DNA of 63,312 bases, counting the filler, from Candidatus Tectimicrobiota bacterium (lineage in GTDB: Bacteria > JACPSX01): NCBI GenBank assembly GCA_016193065.1. It is 5 parts of 5 records of this genome, joined end to end, with 100 filler letters (N's around TTAATTAATTAA, not from the genome) between each part and the next. Parts side by side here need not be neighbours in the genome. Positions count along the whole stretch, not along the records: positions 59,885 to 63,312 come from JACPSX010000020.1; 4 more parts are not named here. The stretch is one strand, 5' to 3'. This document shows, one piece after another, positions 61,543 through 63,312 of this stretch. The notes below the pieces were generated by a model, which was given only the letters and a program-made list of their open reading frames with translations, made no database searches and had not been told where the DNA came from. Position numbers and translations under genes: made by a program. Each line of letters starts with the position of its first letter. Position 1 is the first letter of the stretch.

Positions 61543-62898
61543 ATGGATTTTCTTGATTTCCTCTACCGAATGCTCTGGTCCTGCCGCCTGTTCCTATACT
61601 TGTGGGGCAAGCCACGCGTGTGCGCCCGGCTTGGGTTCGAGGTAGACCGACCGCCGGGCAGCCCGTCCGGGGTTTGGCTGTATTACGAGCATTGGCCTTC
61701 TGCGTGGAAGGCGCGTCTGGTGGATTTCTGTGTGGCCTACGCACGCGGCAGGTCCTTGCCAATGTCAAACCCGCTTCCATTGGCTGACCCAGCAGCCATG
61801 GGGGACACGAGCCGGTTGGGATACCGTAGCGTGGAGGTGGCGCGAGACACCTACCTTGCTCAGGTGGCGCACGCCCTGTGGCTGGACATGATCGGCGGCG
61901 TCCCGTGGCGACTCCAGGACTGGTCGGACCACGAGCTGAGTTACTTACTCTCCAGCCACGTGTGTTTTTCGGCCTATCGCACGAATCCGGACAATACGCT
62001 CTACTACGTCGTATACGTTGGCTCCCGTAGCGAGGCCACAGAGAATATTCTCGGAGACCCACGTATTGCTCGTCAGTTCCTTCTAACCGAGCCGGAACAA
62101 GGCAGGCCTCTGGTCGGGGCCACCCCGAGCGAAACGGGGCAGAAGCTTTCGGAGTGGTTCCACGACTATCTCTGGCACAATCCGGGGGACTTTCCAGCGC
62201 ATGAGTTTCACCGTGCTCATCCCTTGCTGAGTGATCGCCTCCGTCGCTACGACGTGGAGGGCGTGGGCCATCTGTATGTCACGTCGGCTGGCTGCGGCAG
62301 CGCCTCGTCTCTGTTCACCGATCTCATGCGCGCTGTGAGCATCCCGGTGCGCAAGGTCAACAACATGATTGAGTCGTTCGCGGGCGTTGAAGAACGACAC
62401 GTCGGGCTGGTCTTTGACTGGCAGGGAGGCCAAGGCACGGGGCGTTACCTGCTGCATACCGATGACCTCTATACGTCGTCGTACTTCAAAGATCCGGCGC
62501 CCGCTCCCCAGGGGACGGAGCGGGGAGTTGCCCTCTGGAACCACGCGTGGCTGGACCCAACCACCTTTGGGGACCGCTTCAGTTACGACCCACGCGACGA
62601 CGTGTTTGGAAAGGCGACCTCGCCGCAGAAAGTCAAGTTCTGGGAGGTTGGAGACTGGCTCGTGAGCTCGGCTAATGCGATACAGGGGGCGCGTGTTACA
62701 GGACGGCAAGGAGTGATTGCTTTTCTGGAGCAAGAGCGAGGCTTCACGCGGGCTGAGGCTGAGGCCTGCTGGAACCATGTAGAGGCATCCGTGCTGGCCT
62801 ACGGTGATGGGGATATGTCGCTGGGCTACGAGCGACTGCTGGACGGTCCCGGCTCACGCCATGGGCAGTGGTGCATGCGCACGGGGAAGTGCGGCTAA
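61543..62898 (+). CDS. Hypothetical cassette protein with a transglutaminase-like Cys-His-Asp arrangement
   Basis: GCGSASSLFTDLMRAVSIPVR...HVGLVF...LLHTDD; ATG 61543 lies 25 bp after the attC core. Confidence 0.7.
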   Translation: MDFLDFLYRMLWSCRLFLYLWGKPRVCARLGFEVDRPPGSPSGVWLYYEHWPSAWKARLVDFCVAYARGRSLPMSNPLPLADPAAMGDTSRLGYRSVEVARDTYLAQVAHALWLDMIGGVPWRLQDWSDHELSYLLSSHVCFSAYRTNPDNTLYYVVYVGSRSEATENILGDPRIARQFLLTEPEQGRPLVGATPSETGQKLSEWFHDYLWHNPGDFPAHEFHRAHPLLSDRLRRYDVEGVGHLYVTSAGCGSASSLFTDLMRAVSIPVRKVNNMIESFAGVEERHVGLVFDWQGGQGTGRYLLHTDDLYTSSYFKDPAPAPQGTERGVALWNHAWLDPTTFGDRFSYDPRDDVFGKATSPQKVKFWEVGDWLVSSANAIQGARVTGRQGVIAFLEQERGFTRAEAEACWNHVEASVLAYGDGDMSLGYERLLDGPGSRHGQWCMRTGKCG

Positions 62899-62949
62899 GG
62901 TCACCCACCGAAAGAGCACACCGGGCTTCGCGCATTATTCCTGGCTAAC

Positions 62950-63312
62950 TCCTATGAGGCCCCCGGTTGTCAAGGACGAAAAACTCCGTTGACGAAAAAC
63001 TCTTCGCCCCAGGGACGACATCGTTTCCGGAAGTGATTGCGCTCTGACTTGGTTTCCGAATTTCCGGTGCTGGGCTCACGAGGCCCTGCACCAAACACCT
63101 ATCTGCCTGTGCGTTGCACGCAGACAGGTCGAGGTATCTCTGGCCCGGGAGGTTATGGCGCAGAAAGAGGACCGAGGCTTCCGAGAAGGCCCACTTGAGG
63201 TGCACATTGCCGATTTTGGCTCCCCCGGATCCGTGCCGCTTGCCGGCGGATTCCTTGGAGCATTTGACCAGCCGGGCACCTGCCTGCCTGCAGGCAGGTA
63301 GGAGGCGAAGTC
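62950..63312 (-). mobile_element. IS110-family transposase remnant (C-terminal part) and element end
   Basis: Minus strand reads DFASY/ARLVKCSKESAGKRHGSGGAKIGNVHLKWAFSEASVLFLR (IS110 C-terminal SAG/GN motifs), interrupted by two short palindromic inserts. Confidence 0.75.

Overview
The window is not one locus. It is five contigs of a high-GC bacterial draft genome or MAG, joined by 100-nt N linkers containing TTAATTAATTAA (22979-23078, 27680-27779, 31597-31696, 59785-59884). Contig 1 (1-22978) is the replication-origin region: SDR, clpC, arginase, degP, lon, bactofilin, parB-parA-parS, rsmG, jag, yidC, yidD, rnpA and rpmH, divergent from dnaA-dnaN-recF-gyrB-gyrA', with DnaA boxes on both sides of dnaA. 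Contig 2 is a surface-polysaccharide fragment (WecA/MraY-like, DegT aminotransferase, CapD/PglF) carrying 7/8-bp tandem repeat arrays and a broken four-helix-bundle gene. Contig 3 is a sigma54-driven type IV pilin locus (pilA, accessory gene, ABC exporter). Contig 4 (28 kb, all minus strand) is a dense paralogue array of 8 FbpA/PotD-like binding proteins, 3 permeases, 2 ATPases and 6 luciferase-like (LLM) oxidoreductases, plus a signal-less TAXI-fold protein, an orphan GlmL, a UbiD decarboxylase and several gene remnants. Contig 5 looks like an integrase-less integron cassette array: attC-like sites, a TA cassette and a transglutaminase-like cassette whose attC is interrupted by an IS110 remnant, next to a RAYT remnant. 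At least six genes show clean internal deletions, which could be assembly artefacts or real decay. All calls come from reading motifs by eye; no searches were run.
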